Below are positions 1 to 9,134 of a stretch of 64,000 nt of DNA, piece by piece; the stretch's first letter is position 1; the number at the start of each line of letters is the position of its first letter. The stretch comes from a virus (Duplodnaviria; Caudoviricetes), in IMG/VR virus record IMGVR_UViG_3300047160_036266, positions 160,001 through 224,000 of that record; one strand, written 5' to 3'. The notes beneath the pieces were generated by a model, which saw only the letters and a list, made by a program, of their open reading frames with translations, did no database searches and was not told the DNA's origin. A program made the translations under genes and the position numbers.

Positions 1-831
1 GCCCCGCAGCACCAGCTTCATGACCAGGAAATCCTCTTCGGCGTCGAAGTCTTCCAGCCGGAAGCGCTGGCCGGTTAAGCCCCCATCCACCGTGCAGCCC
101 TCTTCGAGCTTTCGGTCGGGCGGGGCCGGGGCCACGGTCGGCTCGGCCACCGGGAGGCGTTCCAGCAGGGTTTCCATGCTCCCGACCGGGGGAGCCTCGG
201 CGCTCAGGCTGCACTTCATCTGGCTGCCCAGGCCGCCGCAGTTGAGATGTTGCGGGCCGGCGGTGCTACAGTAGGTTGTGCCGCCGTCATGGAGCGTGTT
301 GTCGGTGTAAGTGCCGCCGACCCACTGAGGCTGGTACGGATTGACGTACTTCCAGGGGGCCGGGCTGGGCGTAGGCACCGGCACAGGGTACGGATAGGGC
401 AGGGGAAGCGGCTGGGGCTGCTTGATCTTGCGGCTGCGTCGTGGCTGCTTGGGCAGGGGGAACTTGAGTCCTGGCTGCTCTTTCTCCAGGTAGAAGCGGG
501 CCTCGATGACGCCCTTGCTGCCGTCCTGGTTGTCGTTCTTGCCCGTGATCTCAGCCTCATCGGAGGTAAGTTCCACGAACTTCAGAGCCGCATCCACGTC
601 CACGCGACGGAAGATGTCCAGGTTGGCGTCCTGTTCGATGATGAAGCCGCCGCCGGAAATGTTCTCGTTGTCCACGAACAACTTGACTAACGCACGCCGG
701 TTTTTGTGGCGGTTGCGGCAGCGGATGCCGTATTCGCTGCCGAAGGGGATCGCCACCACGCCGTCAGTGCGTTCGGGGGCGATGTTGCCGTTGAGCAAAA
801 CGCTCAACACGAAACGACTTGAGTAAACCAT
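1..831 (-). CDS. Hypothetical phage protein, partial (runs off left edge; absent from ORF track)
   Basis: ATG at 831 with AAGGAG SD; open to position 1 (MVYSSRFVLSVLLNG...EGCTVDGGLTGQRF...MKLVLRG); sigma70-like promoter upstream. Confidence 0.8.
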   Translation of the reverse strand, partial: MVYSSRFVLSVLLNGNIAPERTDGVVAIPFGSEYGIRCRNRHKNRRALVKLFVDNENISGGGFIIEQDANLDIFRRVDVDAALKFVELTSDEAEITGKNDNQDGSKGVIEARFYLEKEQPGLKFPLPKQPRRSRKIKQPQPLPLPYPYPVPVPTPSPAPWKYVNPYQPQWVGGTYTDNTLHDGGTTYCSTAGPQHLNCGGLGSQMKCSLSAEAPPVGSMETLLERLPVAEPTVAPAPPDRKLEEGCTVDGGLTGQRFRLEDFDAEEDFLVMKLVLRG

Positions 832-916
832 CGTCAACTCCTTCTGTTGAAAACGCCCTAGTCCGCAATCGGGCAAAGGTTCACGGGTGGAGTCAACACC
901 CGCACGGACAATGTGT

Positions 917-945
917 ATAGTAGTGGGGAAGCGGCAAATTGTAAA
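917..945 (-). promoter_or_regulatory. sigma70-like promoter
   Basis: TTTACA-N17-TACTAT upstream of the 831 start. Confidence 0.55.
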
Positions 946-951
946 GTAAAA

Positions 952-1449
952 TCACCGTTTTCTGCCAACGATCACAAAGCTGTAGGGGTGGTCGTCCCAC
1001 TCAAAGATCGGGTCTACATTCAGTTCGTGGAACACCCACTTCATATGGTCGAGACTCATTCCTGGGCACTTGTGGGATTGGTTATATTCTTGTCCAGTCT
1101 TGTCGCAGTGTTCCCGGTACTTCATCTCGTGCGGCAGGCAGAGGATTAGGTTGCCTCCTGGCTTTAATACTCGGAGCCATTCGCGCACGACCTTGCGCGT
1201 AAGTACAAAGTCCTCCAAGAGATGGGAACTATAGATGTAATCCAGCACATCGTCTTTGAACCAGTAAAGATTGGTGGCGTCACCATACAGGTGTTGCGGG
1301 CTACTCCCTACGCTGGTGTATTTGTTGGGCAGGTCCACGGCGATGGCGGTCGGGCAAATGGGATCACCGCCGAAGCCCAGGTCGAGGCCATTTGACTTCG
1401 GCGGTATGAAACGCATGACGAACTTTCGGACATCTGCGGTTTCGCTCAT
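952..1449 (-). CDS. Class I SAM-dependent methyltransferase (type 11-like)
   Basis: GLDLGFGG motif I, DATNL, DYIYSSHLLED, WLRVLKPGG. Confidence 0.85.
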   Translation of the reverse strand: MSETADVRKFVMRFIPPKSNGLDLGFGGDPICPTAIAVDLPNKYTSVGSSPQHLYGDATNLYWFKDDVLDYIYSSHLLEDFVLTRKVVREWLRVLKPGGNLILCLPHEMKYREHCDKTGQEYNQSHKCPGMSLDHMKWVFHELNVDPIFEWDDHPYSFVIVGRKR

Positions 1450-1455
1450 GTTGAA

Positions 1456-2028
1456 TTATAATGCCGGCTTTTGTGCTACGCACTGGAACTTCGCACTTTC
1501 CTCCACAGAAAGTCCGGCCTCCCGAATGGCCCGTTCGACTCCCGGACAATGACCCCACAGCCAATCATCGAAAATCAGATAACCTCCCGGCACCAGCCTG
1601 GGCCAGAAGAATTGAATGGCATCTCGCGTGGTGGTGTAGAGATCGCCGTCGATGTGAACGCAGCAATAGGAAGTATCCACCGCCGTGGATGGAAAATAAC
1701 CGACCCGAAAAATAACATTTTGACCTTGAAGGAGGTTCTGCACATCCTCTAGGCGGGCGGTGAAGTCGCCTTTGTGGTGGGTATGTTCGCCAACGTCATC
1801 GCTCGGCAGACCCTCAAACGTATCATATAAGTATAGGGGTTTTGAAGGGACGGCCAGAGCGAGGACCAAGGCGGAACCGCCTTTGTAGACACCCAATTCC
1901 GCCATATTCCCCTCCAGGTGGGCGGCAGCCCTGGAGAATCTAATGAGTCCGTGTCGTTTGGATTGGTCTATGACGGCGTGATGATCTGTCCTGGCAATGA
2001 TTTCGTGCGGTTCCATTATCTTACTCAT
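1456..2028 (-). CDS. TylF/MycF-family sugar O-methyltransferase
   Basis: AELGVYKGGS, LYDTFEGLP, VHIDGDLY, GGYLIFDDW; start moved to 2028 (ATGAGTAA overlap with upstream stop). Confidence 0.88.
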   Translation of the reverse strand: MSKIMEPHEIIARTDHHAVIDQSKRHGLIRFSRAAAHLEGNMAELGVYKGGSALVLALAVPSKPLYLYDTFEGLPSDDVGEHTHHKGDFTARLEDVQNLLQGQNVIFRVGYFPSTAVDTSYCCVHIDGDLYTTTRDAIQFFWPRLVPGGYLIFDDWLWGHCPGVERAIREAGLSVEESAKFQCVAQKPAL

Positions 2029-2695
2029 AAAGCCGCCTGATAGTCTTTGACTCGCCATGAGTTACCTTAAAAAACTGCCGTGTAGGTGCCGATGGCCGAA
2101 TGGAATTAGCACTTATTACACCGCCCGTATAACGTATCAGATTGCGCATACATTCCGCAGAAGGATGCCATGTGTAGATATACTGGTCCCATGCCGGATA
2201 ATTAAGGAATTCGGCCACACTTCCCGGAAGTGAATTGATAGCCGTCTCGACTAATAGGCAGTCCTTCGTCTTGGCCATGCAGTTTTGCATGGCCAACACG
2301 GGGTTCTCGACATGATAAATTACGCCGAAAAGGAGAATAAGATCAAACCTGCGCCCTTTTAACCCAGGGTGATCGTCTAGGTGCTGCACATCAGCTTGAT
2401 GCACTGCGTATTCCAGGCCAAATGCCTTTTTGGTGAACTCGGTCTGGCGAACGAACAAAGGTTCATTGTCGATGGCCGTTACGGAGGCACCCATTTTCGC
2501 CAGTTCAACCGCCATATAACCACCATTGCAGCCGATGTCCAGTACACTTTTGCCGTGGACATCCGGGAGCAATGGCAATGCCTCATCCCACAGTACCTTG
2601 GGATAATGGGAGCCTGGAACAGTTTCGAGGCCGTTGGGGAAGGTGATATTTTGAAACCACCGACCATTGGCCTCGATTTCCTGTTGTGTGACCAT
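2021..2695 (-). CDS. Class I SAM-dependent methyltransferase (CmoB/DUF1698-like)
   Basis: WFQNITF N-terminus, VLDIGCNGGY, FDLILLFGVIYHVENP. Confidence 0.85.
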   Translation of the reverse strand: MVTQQEIEANGRWFQNITFPNGLETVPGSHYPKVLWDEALPLLPDVHGKSVLDIGCNGGYMAVELAKMGASVTAIDNEPLFVRQTEFTKKAFGLEYAVHQADVQHLDDHPGLKGRRFDLILLFGVIYHVENPVLAMQNCMAKTKDCLLVETAINSLPGSVAEFLNYPAWDQYIYTWHPSAECMRNLIRYTGGVISANSIRPSAPTRQFFKVTHGESKTIRRLYE

Positions 2696-2699
2696 GCCC

Positions 2700-2706
2700 T
2701 ATTTAG
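2700..2706 (-). promoter_or_regulatory. Putative phage late promoter (TANATA motif)
   Basis: CTAAATA-GGGC-ATG; the same 14-mer occurs at 26314-26327. Confidence 0.6.
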
Positions 2707-3263
2707 TGTACGTTGTCGATTCTTTTCATCGACTCGTAGGACAGAGTGAGCTTGTGGGTCAGCACGTCCGACCTGGCGTAGTCATATTCCACGAGATGGT
2801 CGTTTGGCTCGACGCCCTTGAAGTACAACATATAGAGCTTCCGCCCACAGCCGTCGAGGGCGGTGAGGGTTAGTTCGTGGTCCTTGTTCTGCGAATCGGC
2901 CAGATAGAGGAGGTAGTCGTGGGTCGTGAAATCGGGGTGTTCGTAGAGTTCCAGGTGGATGGTTTCTTCGTAGTAATTGATCGCGCAACGCTTTATCATC
3001 CACTTCATGTCCGGGTGGCTCTTCGGCTCGACAAGAAACCGGAACGTCCGGGGTATCGTCACATTCACCTGGGCAAAAGGGTGGCCGGCGAACCCCATAC
3101 TCTGTCCGGTTTCCTGGGGCTTCTGGCAGGACTGGAGCATGGCCTCTTTCAGCTTCTCCACTTCCTTTTGGGAGATAAAAGCCCCGCCCTTGCTGGGCTT
3201 ATCTTCGGTCTGGCCAATGCGCTCCTTCAGCGCTTCGGCTTGGGCGAGCCAATGGTTTTTCAT
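2703..3263 (-). CDS. Tail tube-like (gp19-fold) protein, divergent third copy
   Basis: LTLTALDGCG...YDYARSDVLTHKLTLSYE mirrors the C-half of the two tube genes; start 3263 has AGGAGG SD. Confidence 0.55.
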   Translation of the reverse strand: MKNHWLAQAEALKERIGQTEDKPSKGGAFISQKEVEKLKEAMLQSCQKPQETGQSMGFAGHPFAQVNVTIPRTFRFLVEPKSHPDMKWMIKRCAINYYEETIHLELYEHPDFTTHDYLLYLADSQNKDHELTLTALDGCGRKLYMLYFKGVEPNDHLVEYDYARSDVLTHKLTLSYESMKRIDNVH

Positions 3264-3280
3264 GTTCCTCCTTTGAGGGA

Positions 3281-4024
3281 TTAGAAGATTTGAAGTTGCA
3301 TCTTGTCGGTGATGTATAAGCACTCCCCCAACGCCAACTCGAACCAGATGTTGTATATGCCGCAGTCCATGTCGGTTGTGTCGAGGAGATAGTAACCGTA
3401 CCGCTTCTCACGGTAATCTACGGGCTGGTTGTCCACAATCAGCCGCAGGTCTTGCTCGCATGGCAGGCAGTCGCCGCATCGCTGCTCGATGGATATGTTT
3501 AGATCGGAAACGATGGCGAGGTTTTCGTAATATCTTGCTAAGTCGGTGCCTCTCGGTACATTCGGTGTTATTTCGCAAATGAGGTAGCGCTTGCTACCCT
3601 GTCTGATTTTGTTGGGGCGAAAGGTGATGCGGAAGTCATAGACGACTGGAATGGGCGTCGTGTACCAAAGGTCAGGATAAACCTGGAAGGGATTGGTGAC
3701 GGTCGCCGGACAGTCTTCATTCTCAAACAGAAGGGTCCACACGTCCCGGTAGTACCCAATGCAGTATTTCGGTTCATCAAGGCTAAGAGTGACGAGGTAG
3801 CGGCCCACGTCCTCCTGGGTGATGTTGGTGATCGTTTCGACCAAGCGCCAGTCGTTGGGGCAGTCCTGAACACAGGCGAGGGGTTGGTAGGAATCTCTGA
3901 AGTAAATATCCACCTTCTCGATGCCCGTGACGTTGGCCAGGTTATTGGAGTTGTAAACGAACAGCCGCAGATTAAGCTGGTCGCCTCCAATGGGATTCTG
4001 GTATCGTTCTTTAGTTGCCGCCAT
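3281..4024 (-). CDS. Hypothetical Cys-rich virion protein
   Basis: 247-aa beta-rich ORF in the tail operon, 10 Cys. Confidence 0.6.
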   Translation of the reverse strand: MAATKERYQNPIGGDQLNLRLFVYNSNNLANVTGIEKVDIYFRDSYQPLACVQDCPNDWRLVETITNITQEDVGRYLVTLSLDEPKYCIGYYRDVWTLLFENEDCPATVTNPFQVYPDLWYTTPIPVVYDFRITFRPNKIRQGSKRYLICEITPNVPRGTDLARYYENLAIVSDLNISIEQRCGDCLPCEQDLRLIVDNQPVDYREKRYGYYLLDTTDMDCGIYNIWFELALGECLYITDKMQLQIF

Positions 4025-4151
4025 GCTTCTTCAAATCCTTTTTGGGCTTCAAGGTTGCCTCGATGATATTTATGATCTGCTCCTCGTATCTTTTGAGGCG
4101 TTCCTTGAGTTTCTTCTTCTGGTTGATTTGATCTAGCCAGTGATTTTTCAT
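4011..4151 (-). CDS. Small 46-aa protein (not in ORF track)
   Basis: MKNHWLDQINQKKKLKERL...; ATGA overlap with upstream stop; N-terminus like the 3263 gene. Confidence 0.6.
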   Translation of the reverse strand: MKNHWLDQINQKKKLKERLKRYEEQIINIIEATLKPKKDLKKHGGN

Positions 4152-4387
4152 CGCTTAGCCCTTGCCTTTGCTTTACGCCGCTCTGATTCCATAGCGTCGT
4201 TTTCCTTCTGCTTCTGTTCGATAAACCGCTGAATGAGCCACTTCCTTTCCATAACCAACAGGCTCATGCTGTCCTTCTTCGACATATGTAGGTGGTATTG
4301 GAAAAAGAAGACCTCTTCTTCTAGCTGCTGCCAAAGTTCTACACTTGGGTCTTTTCCGCCTTCTTTCGCCGTGGGAAGAAAAAATTT
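4148..4387 (-). CDS. gp51-like / tail assembly chaperone -1 frame extension
   Basis: WQQLEEEVFFFQYHLHMS...MERKWLI resembles gp51/TAC C-terminal segments; no good own start; entered at the slippery site. Confidence 0.6.
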   Translation of the reverse strand, partial: KFFLPTAKEGGKDPSVELWQQLEEEVFFFQYHLHMSKKDSMSLLVMERKWLIQRFIEQKQKENDAMESERRKAKARAKR

Positions 4388-5418
4388 GCTTCGAGCGGTA
4401 ACTCGACCTCGAATTCCTGCATACAGCTTGGGCAATTGATCGGGATGGTGGTGTCCACGCCGAAGGGTGGTTCGTTGATACAGTTGCGAATAAAAGCAAC
4501 GTCCTGAATCGGCAGGTTCTTGACCAGGGTTTGAAGCTCACGTTTGTCGTTGATGCCCTCAATGTTTTCGAGGAGCAGAGCCGTCCGATAGGTGAGGGTG
4601 TCGTCGGGAGATGAATCCCCGAATATCTTGATGCGGCGGTCCCGGTACTCTTGAATCTCCTGCTCGTCCTTCCCTTTGGACAGGCGGTAGACGAAGCGGT
4701 AGCCAGTCTTTGGCAGGGTGTCGTGGAGTTCCGGTCCAAAGTCATCGGGGCATTGATCCACGAACAAGCTGTTCAGGTCGATGGCCGTGGAGAACTTCTT
4801 CTCGCACTCCGGGCACTTCACTTCCACGTCATATTCGGGCGTGTAGGAAATACCACGCAACCAGATGAGGAGGTAGGTGCGGTCGATGGTTAGCAACTCC
4901 TCGGCGCGAAAGCCTTCTTGCATACACCGCTGGAAAATCATGTTAATGGCCTGGCCCCTGCGGACAAAGCGGGGCGTGGCCAGGATTTGCTCCTCCTCAC
5001 CCGTCATGGCTCGAACGTGTATGACGCCATTGGCAGGACCATCATCGCCATCATAAAACCGTCCCTTGGAGGGAAGCTCCAGTGGCTCGAAAAGACCTTG
5101 CTGGCCCTTTAGGTCTTCCAGCAGCCGGGAAAGATCGGCACTGGAACCTTTCGGCACTATCGGCTCGTTCCTGGGCCGCTCACGCCCGTGGTGGGGCGTC
5201 TCCGTACCGGCCTTCTGCTGGCGGATGGCGTCCATAAAAGCCTTCGGTACGTTGCCGGAGATTTTCATGCCGGTTTCCGATTGCCGTTCCAGAGGATTGT
5301 CTTCGTCCCCGGCGTCCTTGGCGGCTGCCTTGCGCAGTGCCTCTCCAGCAGCCAGGGCCTCGTTAGCCGCCAAATCCTCTTGGTTGATCTTGCGGGGGCG
5401 GAATGTTTCTTCTGCCAT
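4339..5418 (-). CDS. T4 gp26-like baseplate hub / tail assembly chaperone
   Basis: LPSKGRFY, VRAMTGEEE, IDRTYLLIWLRGISY, CPEC and CPSC motifs, ends near FFF. Confidence 0.75.
   Translation of the reverse strand: MAEETFRPRKINQEDLAANEALAAGEALRKAAAKDAGDEDNPLERQSETGMKISGNVPKAFMDAIRQQKAGTETPHHGRERPRNEPIVPKGSSADLSRLLEDLKGQQGLFEPLELPSKGRFYDGDDGPANGVIHVRAMTGEEEQILATPRFVRRGQAINMIFQRCMQEGFRAEELLTIDRTYLLIWLRGISYTPEYDVEVKCPECEKKFSTAIDLNSLFVDQCPDDFGPELHDTLPKTGYRFVYRLSKGKDEQEIQEYRDRRIKIFGDSSPDDTLTYRTALLLENIEGINDKRELQTLVKNLPIQDVAFIRNCINEPPFGVDTTIPINCPSCMQEFEVELPLEANFFFPRRKKAEKTQV
4378..4387 (-). other. Putative -1 programmed frameshift site
   Basis: A AAT TTT TTC: two overlapping X XXY YYZ heptamers in the correct frame. 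Confidence 0.7.
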
Positions 5419-5468
5419 ATTGTCTCCTTAACTTACTACATTAGGGTAAGTGATTTTATTAGAGTACG

Positions 5469-5831
5469 ATGCACCTAAATATCCAAAACGTCGAAGAGCA
5501 TATTTTCATGGACAAAAAGGCCCAACTGGCGTTGCCCGACTTCAAACACCTATTCGACTCCTGGGCCTTGGCGACCCGAATAACGGCCCTGCGAAATCTC
5601 GGCAGGCGATCCCTCTTGGATTTCCTCAACGGCCTTAACGCTGACCACCTGCAAACGCTCTCCGACTTTTTCAAGGAAAGTGTCACGGTTGACAAATTGG
5701 ATTACCATGTCGTGCGCAACGTCGAGTGTTCGTTAGATGGGGTCGCTGAAGAAATGAGTAAATACGAGGGGTTCCTCGATGTAGCCGCATACAGGAAGGG
5801 CGACAATGTATATATTAGCTTTTGGAGGTAA
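5469..5831 (+). CDS. Hypothetical protein
   Basis: 120-aa ORF, first of a coupled 5-gene run. Confidence 0.65.
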   Translation: MHLNIQNVEEHIFMDKKAQLALPDFKHLFDSWALATRITALRNLGRRSLLDFLNGLNADHLQTLSDFFKESVTVDKLDYHVVRNVECSLDGVAEEMSKYEGFLDVAAYRKGDNVYISFWR

Positions 5832-5833
5832 TT

Positions 5834-6106
5834 TTGGACGAAATATTGGAACTGCACAAGAGAGACGAAGTGGAAGCCGAACCGGATGACTTTGTTACCT
5901 CGCGTAACGACGACGCCGAACTGCAAGGGCTGATCCTCTTCTATATCAACGTGGGCCAGATGCCGACACAGAAGGCCGAGAGCCTGACGCAACGCTGGAA
6001 GGAAAAGACCGAACGCGCATTCAGGAAGTTGCCGGAACGGTACAAAATCATCTGGATTCCCACCAGAGAATCGAAGACCAGGGTAGAATTCCTTCAGTTG
6101 CCGTAA
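5834..6106 (+). CDS. Hypothetical protein
   Basis: TTG start behind GGAGG. Confidence 0.65.
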   Translation: MDEILELHKRDEVEAEPDDFVTSRNDDAELQGLILFYINVGQMPTQKAESLTQRWKEKTERAFRKLPERYKIIWIPTRESKTRVEFLQLP

Positions 6107-6115
6107 GGAGGAGCT

Positions 6116-6445
6116 ATGGAAGTTGCAGCGGCTATTATCAACATCGTCCTGTTTGTCTTCGGCACCATTGGCCTAACCCACATCATCGTGGACAGCGCCA
6201 TTATGCAGAAGCCCAGGGATTGGCTGCGGGCGATCCTGCCAACCTACATCTTTCAGGTGTTCGAGTGTTACCAGTGTTGTGGCACCTGGGTCGGTTTCCT
6301 GTGCGGGTGGCTCTGCTTCGGACTTGGTTTCAAGGAGATATTCCTGGGCGGCATGGCAGGTAGCTTCCTGGCCTATTTGTCCGCCGCCCTCTTGACCTGC
6401 CTGGAGGCCAACTCCATCGTAGACGCCCCCAAGGAGGAAAAATGA
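6116..6445 (+). CDS. DUF1360-like membrane protein with CxxC
   Basis: Hydrophobic helices; CYQCCGTW motif; AGGAGG SD. Confidence 0.6.
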   Translation: MEVAAAIINIVLFVFGTIGLTHIIVDSAIMQKPRDWLRAILPTYIFQVFECYQCCGTWVGFLCGWLCFGLGFKEIFLGGMAGSFLAYLSAALLTCLEANSIVDAPKEEK

Positions 6446-6711
6446 GTATCAAGAACTACCAGTTCTACTGTGACTTTTGCGGCTATAAACGTCTTACCGA
6501 TGGCTCTGACGTACAGGATTTGGTGCCGGTCAAACAATCCCCCATTCCCGCCGGGGTGCCGTACCTGGACCCCGTGACCAAGAAAATCGTCACGCCCAAG
6601 GCGTTTAACCGGCCTAAGAAGTTCAAGTGCCCCAAGTGCGGCAGGGTTATCACCGCCCGCAAAATCATTACGGATACGAACCCCGATGCTGAAAAAGATT
6701 GGCTTGCTTGA
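6442..6711 (+). CDS. Zinc-ribbon protein
   Basis: CDFC...CPKC; ATGA overlap. Confidence 0.65.
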   Translation: MSIKNYQFYCDFCGYKRLTDGSDVQDLVPVKQSPIPAGVPYLDPVTKKIVTPKAFNRPKKFKCPKCGRVITARKIITDTNPDAEKDWLA

Positions 6712-7066
6712 AGTCAAGCAGGCGCTCCGGGACGGCAGGTTCCGAGAACGCCTTCCACCAGAACTGAACGAGGACATCCAAAAGTACCTCCAGAATCCCG
6801 GCTGCGCCTGCAACCTTCCCATCTATCGGCGTGTCATGCAATATGGCGGCGAACAACTCAAAGCCTATTTCCCCGATAAGGAACTGCCCAACATCGAGGA
6901 GGAAATCAAGAACCTTGCCCAGAACCACTGGCTGGTCATCAACTGCAATATCAGTGAACTGGAAGGACGGCTCACCAAACTCCCGCCCGGTCGCAAACAA
7001 ATCGCCGTCGCCCGCTATGAAGATCAAGTGACGGTCATCGTCAATGAGCTTGATTACCTTTACTAG
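6686..7066 (+). CDS. Hypothetical protein
   Basis: 126-aa ORF with PGCACN. Confidence 0.65.
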   Translation: MLKKIGLLEVKQALRDGRFRERLPPELNEDIQKYLQNPGCACNLPIYRRVMQYGGEQLKAYFPDKELPNIEEEIKNLAQNHWLVINCNISELEGRLTKLPPGRKQIAVARYEDQVTVIVNELDYLY

Positions 7067-8021
7067 CCACAATTAGTCGTGAATTACCGATCATCCTTTC
7101 ACAGCCCTCCAGCATTCTTTCGGGGTGGGACTTGTACTTCGGTATCTCCAGCGGCCAATCGTCCGACCGCAGCCGCCGGCTGCCCAGCACCAGGGCGTTC
7201 TTGTAGAAGATGCGGGCCTTTTCGTACTCCTTCTGGGCGTAATAGATGTCCGCCAGCAGGCACCAGAACTCAGCCATCAGCGGTTTGACCGCCAAGCACG
7301 TTATCACATTTCGTATTGCCTCCCGATAATCCTTCTTCACATGGGCCTGGACCTGCGCACAATAGTAGCGGGTCATGGTCATTGGCATCGCTGCGCTTGC
7401 GCTTTTCTCATGAAACAAATAGTAGTCGGCCAATTTCAAAAAATTGTCCCAACGGCGCTGGATGAGCATGACGCAACTCTGGTAGTAGTAAGGTTCTACG
7501 GCGAGCGGAAATCGCTCTTTCCATTTCTTTATAATTTCGAGCGCTTCCTGGGTGTGGTCTACGCTTTCCACCAGAATTACAGCGCCGAGGTCTTGGGCAG
7601 CGCCCGTAAGGGTTTCGTAGACCGGGTTTTGAAAAGCCAGGTTGGTTCGCTTGTTCCACAGGCGTATTTGTTTGGTGAGCATATCCCCCTGGACGCATGA
7701 CAGGTTGTAGGCGGTCTTGATCCTGGGAAGGGCGTCGAGGATGGTTTGGTGCCCGGTGGCCAACACTTCCCAGGGTTCGATGTACATTTGCCATTCCGAG
7801 TCACTGAGGGCGACCATTTCGTTGCGGACCTTGGAGTAGTCGTCGGACAGGCTGAGCCGGATGACTTCAGCCCTGTATTGCCGGCAAATCTTGTGGGTAC
7901 TATCCTTGCAGCCCAGGTCACAGGCGATGATATGGCAGCCCAGGGGCATCAGGGAGTCCAAGGCACGTTCGATGGTCTGTTCATTGTCCTTGAGGAGCAG
8001 GTGGCAAGTCAGGGGGTTCAT
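7041..8021 (-). CDS. GT2 glycosyltransferase-like domain fused to TPR repeats
   Basis: LLLKDNEQTIERALDS...IIACDLGCKDST...DYSKVRNEM; C-terminal TPR (AEFWCLLADIYYAQKEYEKARIFY). Confidence 0.8.
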   Translation of the reverse strand: MNPLTCHLLLKDNEQTIERALDSLMPLGCHIIACDLGCKDSTHKICRQYRAEVIRLSLSDDYSKVRNEMVALSDSEWQMYIEPWEVLATGHQTILDALPRIKTAYNLSCVQGDMLTKQIRLWNKRTNLAFQNPVYETLTGAAQDLGAVILVESVDHTQEALEIIKKWKERFPLAVEPYYYQSCVMLIQRRWDNFLKLADYYLFHEKSASAAMPMTMTRYYCAQVQAHVKKDYREAIRNVITCLAVKPLMAEFWCLLADIYYAQKEYEKARIFYKNALVLGSRRLRSDDWPLEIPKYKSHPERMLEGCERMIGNSRLIVASKGNQAH

Positions 8022-8169
8022 TTTTTCCGAAGCGTTGCTCTATTAGGAAGTTAAATGCACTCGCCTCGTGGACCATGCCGACCGACTCATAGTACACCTT
8101 GAGGTCACGGTAAATTTGCATGGCTTCGGGTCGTTGCAGGAGTTGGAAGTAAAGCTGGTATACGTCCAC
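7981..8169 (-). CDS. Small hypothetical protein
   Basis: 62 aa, GTG start, overlaps the GT2-TPR start. Confidence 0.5.
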   Translation of the reverse strand: MDVYQLYFQLLQRPEAMQIYRDLKVYYESVGMVHEASAFNFLIEQRFGKNEPPDLPPAPQGQ

Positions 8170-8186
8170 GGAGCTAATAGAGCAAA

Positions 8187-9035
8187 ATGCCGAGTAAATG
8201 TGAGATCGCTCCCATCAAGAATGCCTCTCCAGTCCAGAAACCCTGGGAGGGCAACTGCCACAAGAAACCGTGGGAATACCCAATCACCGCTGTTATTCCC
8301 TGCCTGAATACGTCGGAAACACTCCCCTTATGCGTGGAACTTCTCCGACTGCAAACCACCCCACCCTATATCCTGGTCATTGACACCGGCAGCAGTGAGG
8401 AGCATTTGGCCCAGGTCGAAGCTTTGCGCAGTGATGATCTGGAGGTACTGGCGCTACGGTTGAACGGGGTGCAACATCCATCCGACTTTGTTTCGATGGC
8501 GATGGACTGTGCCTTTACCATGTGCAGAACCGAGTTCCTGTTCGCCACCCACGCCGATTGCTTTCTCCGGCGGCGGGACTTCCTCGAAGAACTGATGGAG
8601 AAATGTAAGGTATCCCCGGTCGTTGGTTATGAGATAAGCCCCAGAGCGCACGCCGATTGGCATGGGATGCTTTCCCACACCGCCAGCATGTATCATATGC
8701 CGACGATGGACAGGATCGGCTTTGGTTGGAGCCTTCGACGCCTCTGCAACCTCTTTAACCTGACCGACCACAAACCCAACCCGTTACGCCCTGGCTGGCC
8801 GGACACCGAAATCCTGGGCAACTACATCCTCCGTCACCATAAGATCAAACCCCTCCTCATCGGTTCCGAACAGAACTTCTCCCGGCAGGTGGACGACAAT
8901 ATCGACCATTTCCGCAGCTATACGTCCGCCAAACTCTACAGTCCACAATTCTTCGCCCAGGCAAGCACATGGTTTGCCCTCGCCAAGAAAGAAGCACTCG
9001 AAAGAATAGAAGAATGGAAGAGGACATCAGCCTAA
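8187..9035 (+). CDS. GT2/GT-A glycosyltransferase
   Basis: ITAVIPCLNT, ILVIDTGSS, FATHADCFL (DxD-like). Confidence 0.8.
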   Translation: MPSKCEIAPIKNASPVQKPWEGNCHKKPWEYPITAVIPCLNTSETLPLCVELLRLQTTPPYILVIDTGSSEEHLAQVEALRSDDLEVLALRLNGVQHPSDFVSMAMDCAFTMCRTEFLFATHADCFLRRRDFLEELMEKCKVSPVVGYEISPRAHADWHGMLSHTASMYHMPTMDRIGFGWSLRRLCNLFNLTDHKPNPLRPGWPDTEILGNYILRHHKIKPLLIGSEQNFSRQVDDNIDHFRSYTSAKLYSPQFFAQASTWFALAKKEALERIEEWKRTSA

Positions 9036-9134
9036 TTCGCACCAATGTGCGCATAAAAATGAAATCGCTGATGCAGATATATAGATACCATTTTTTCACG
9101 CTTATTCCCTGTTAAGCCCAGGGAAAGGAGTTGG

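Noticed and set aside
4148-4435. Independent 95-aa gene starting at TTG 4435
   Set aside because: No SD, and its N-terminus lies within the gp26-like gene; better explained as the -1 frameshift product
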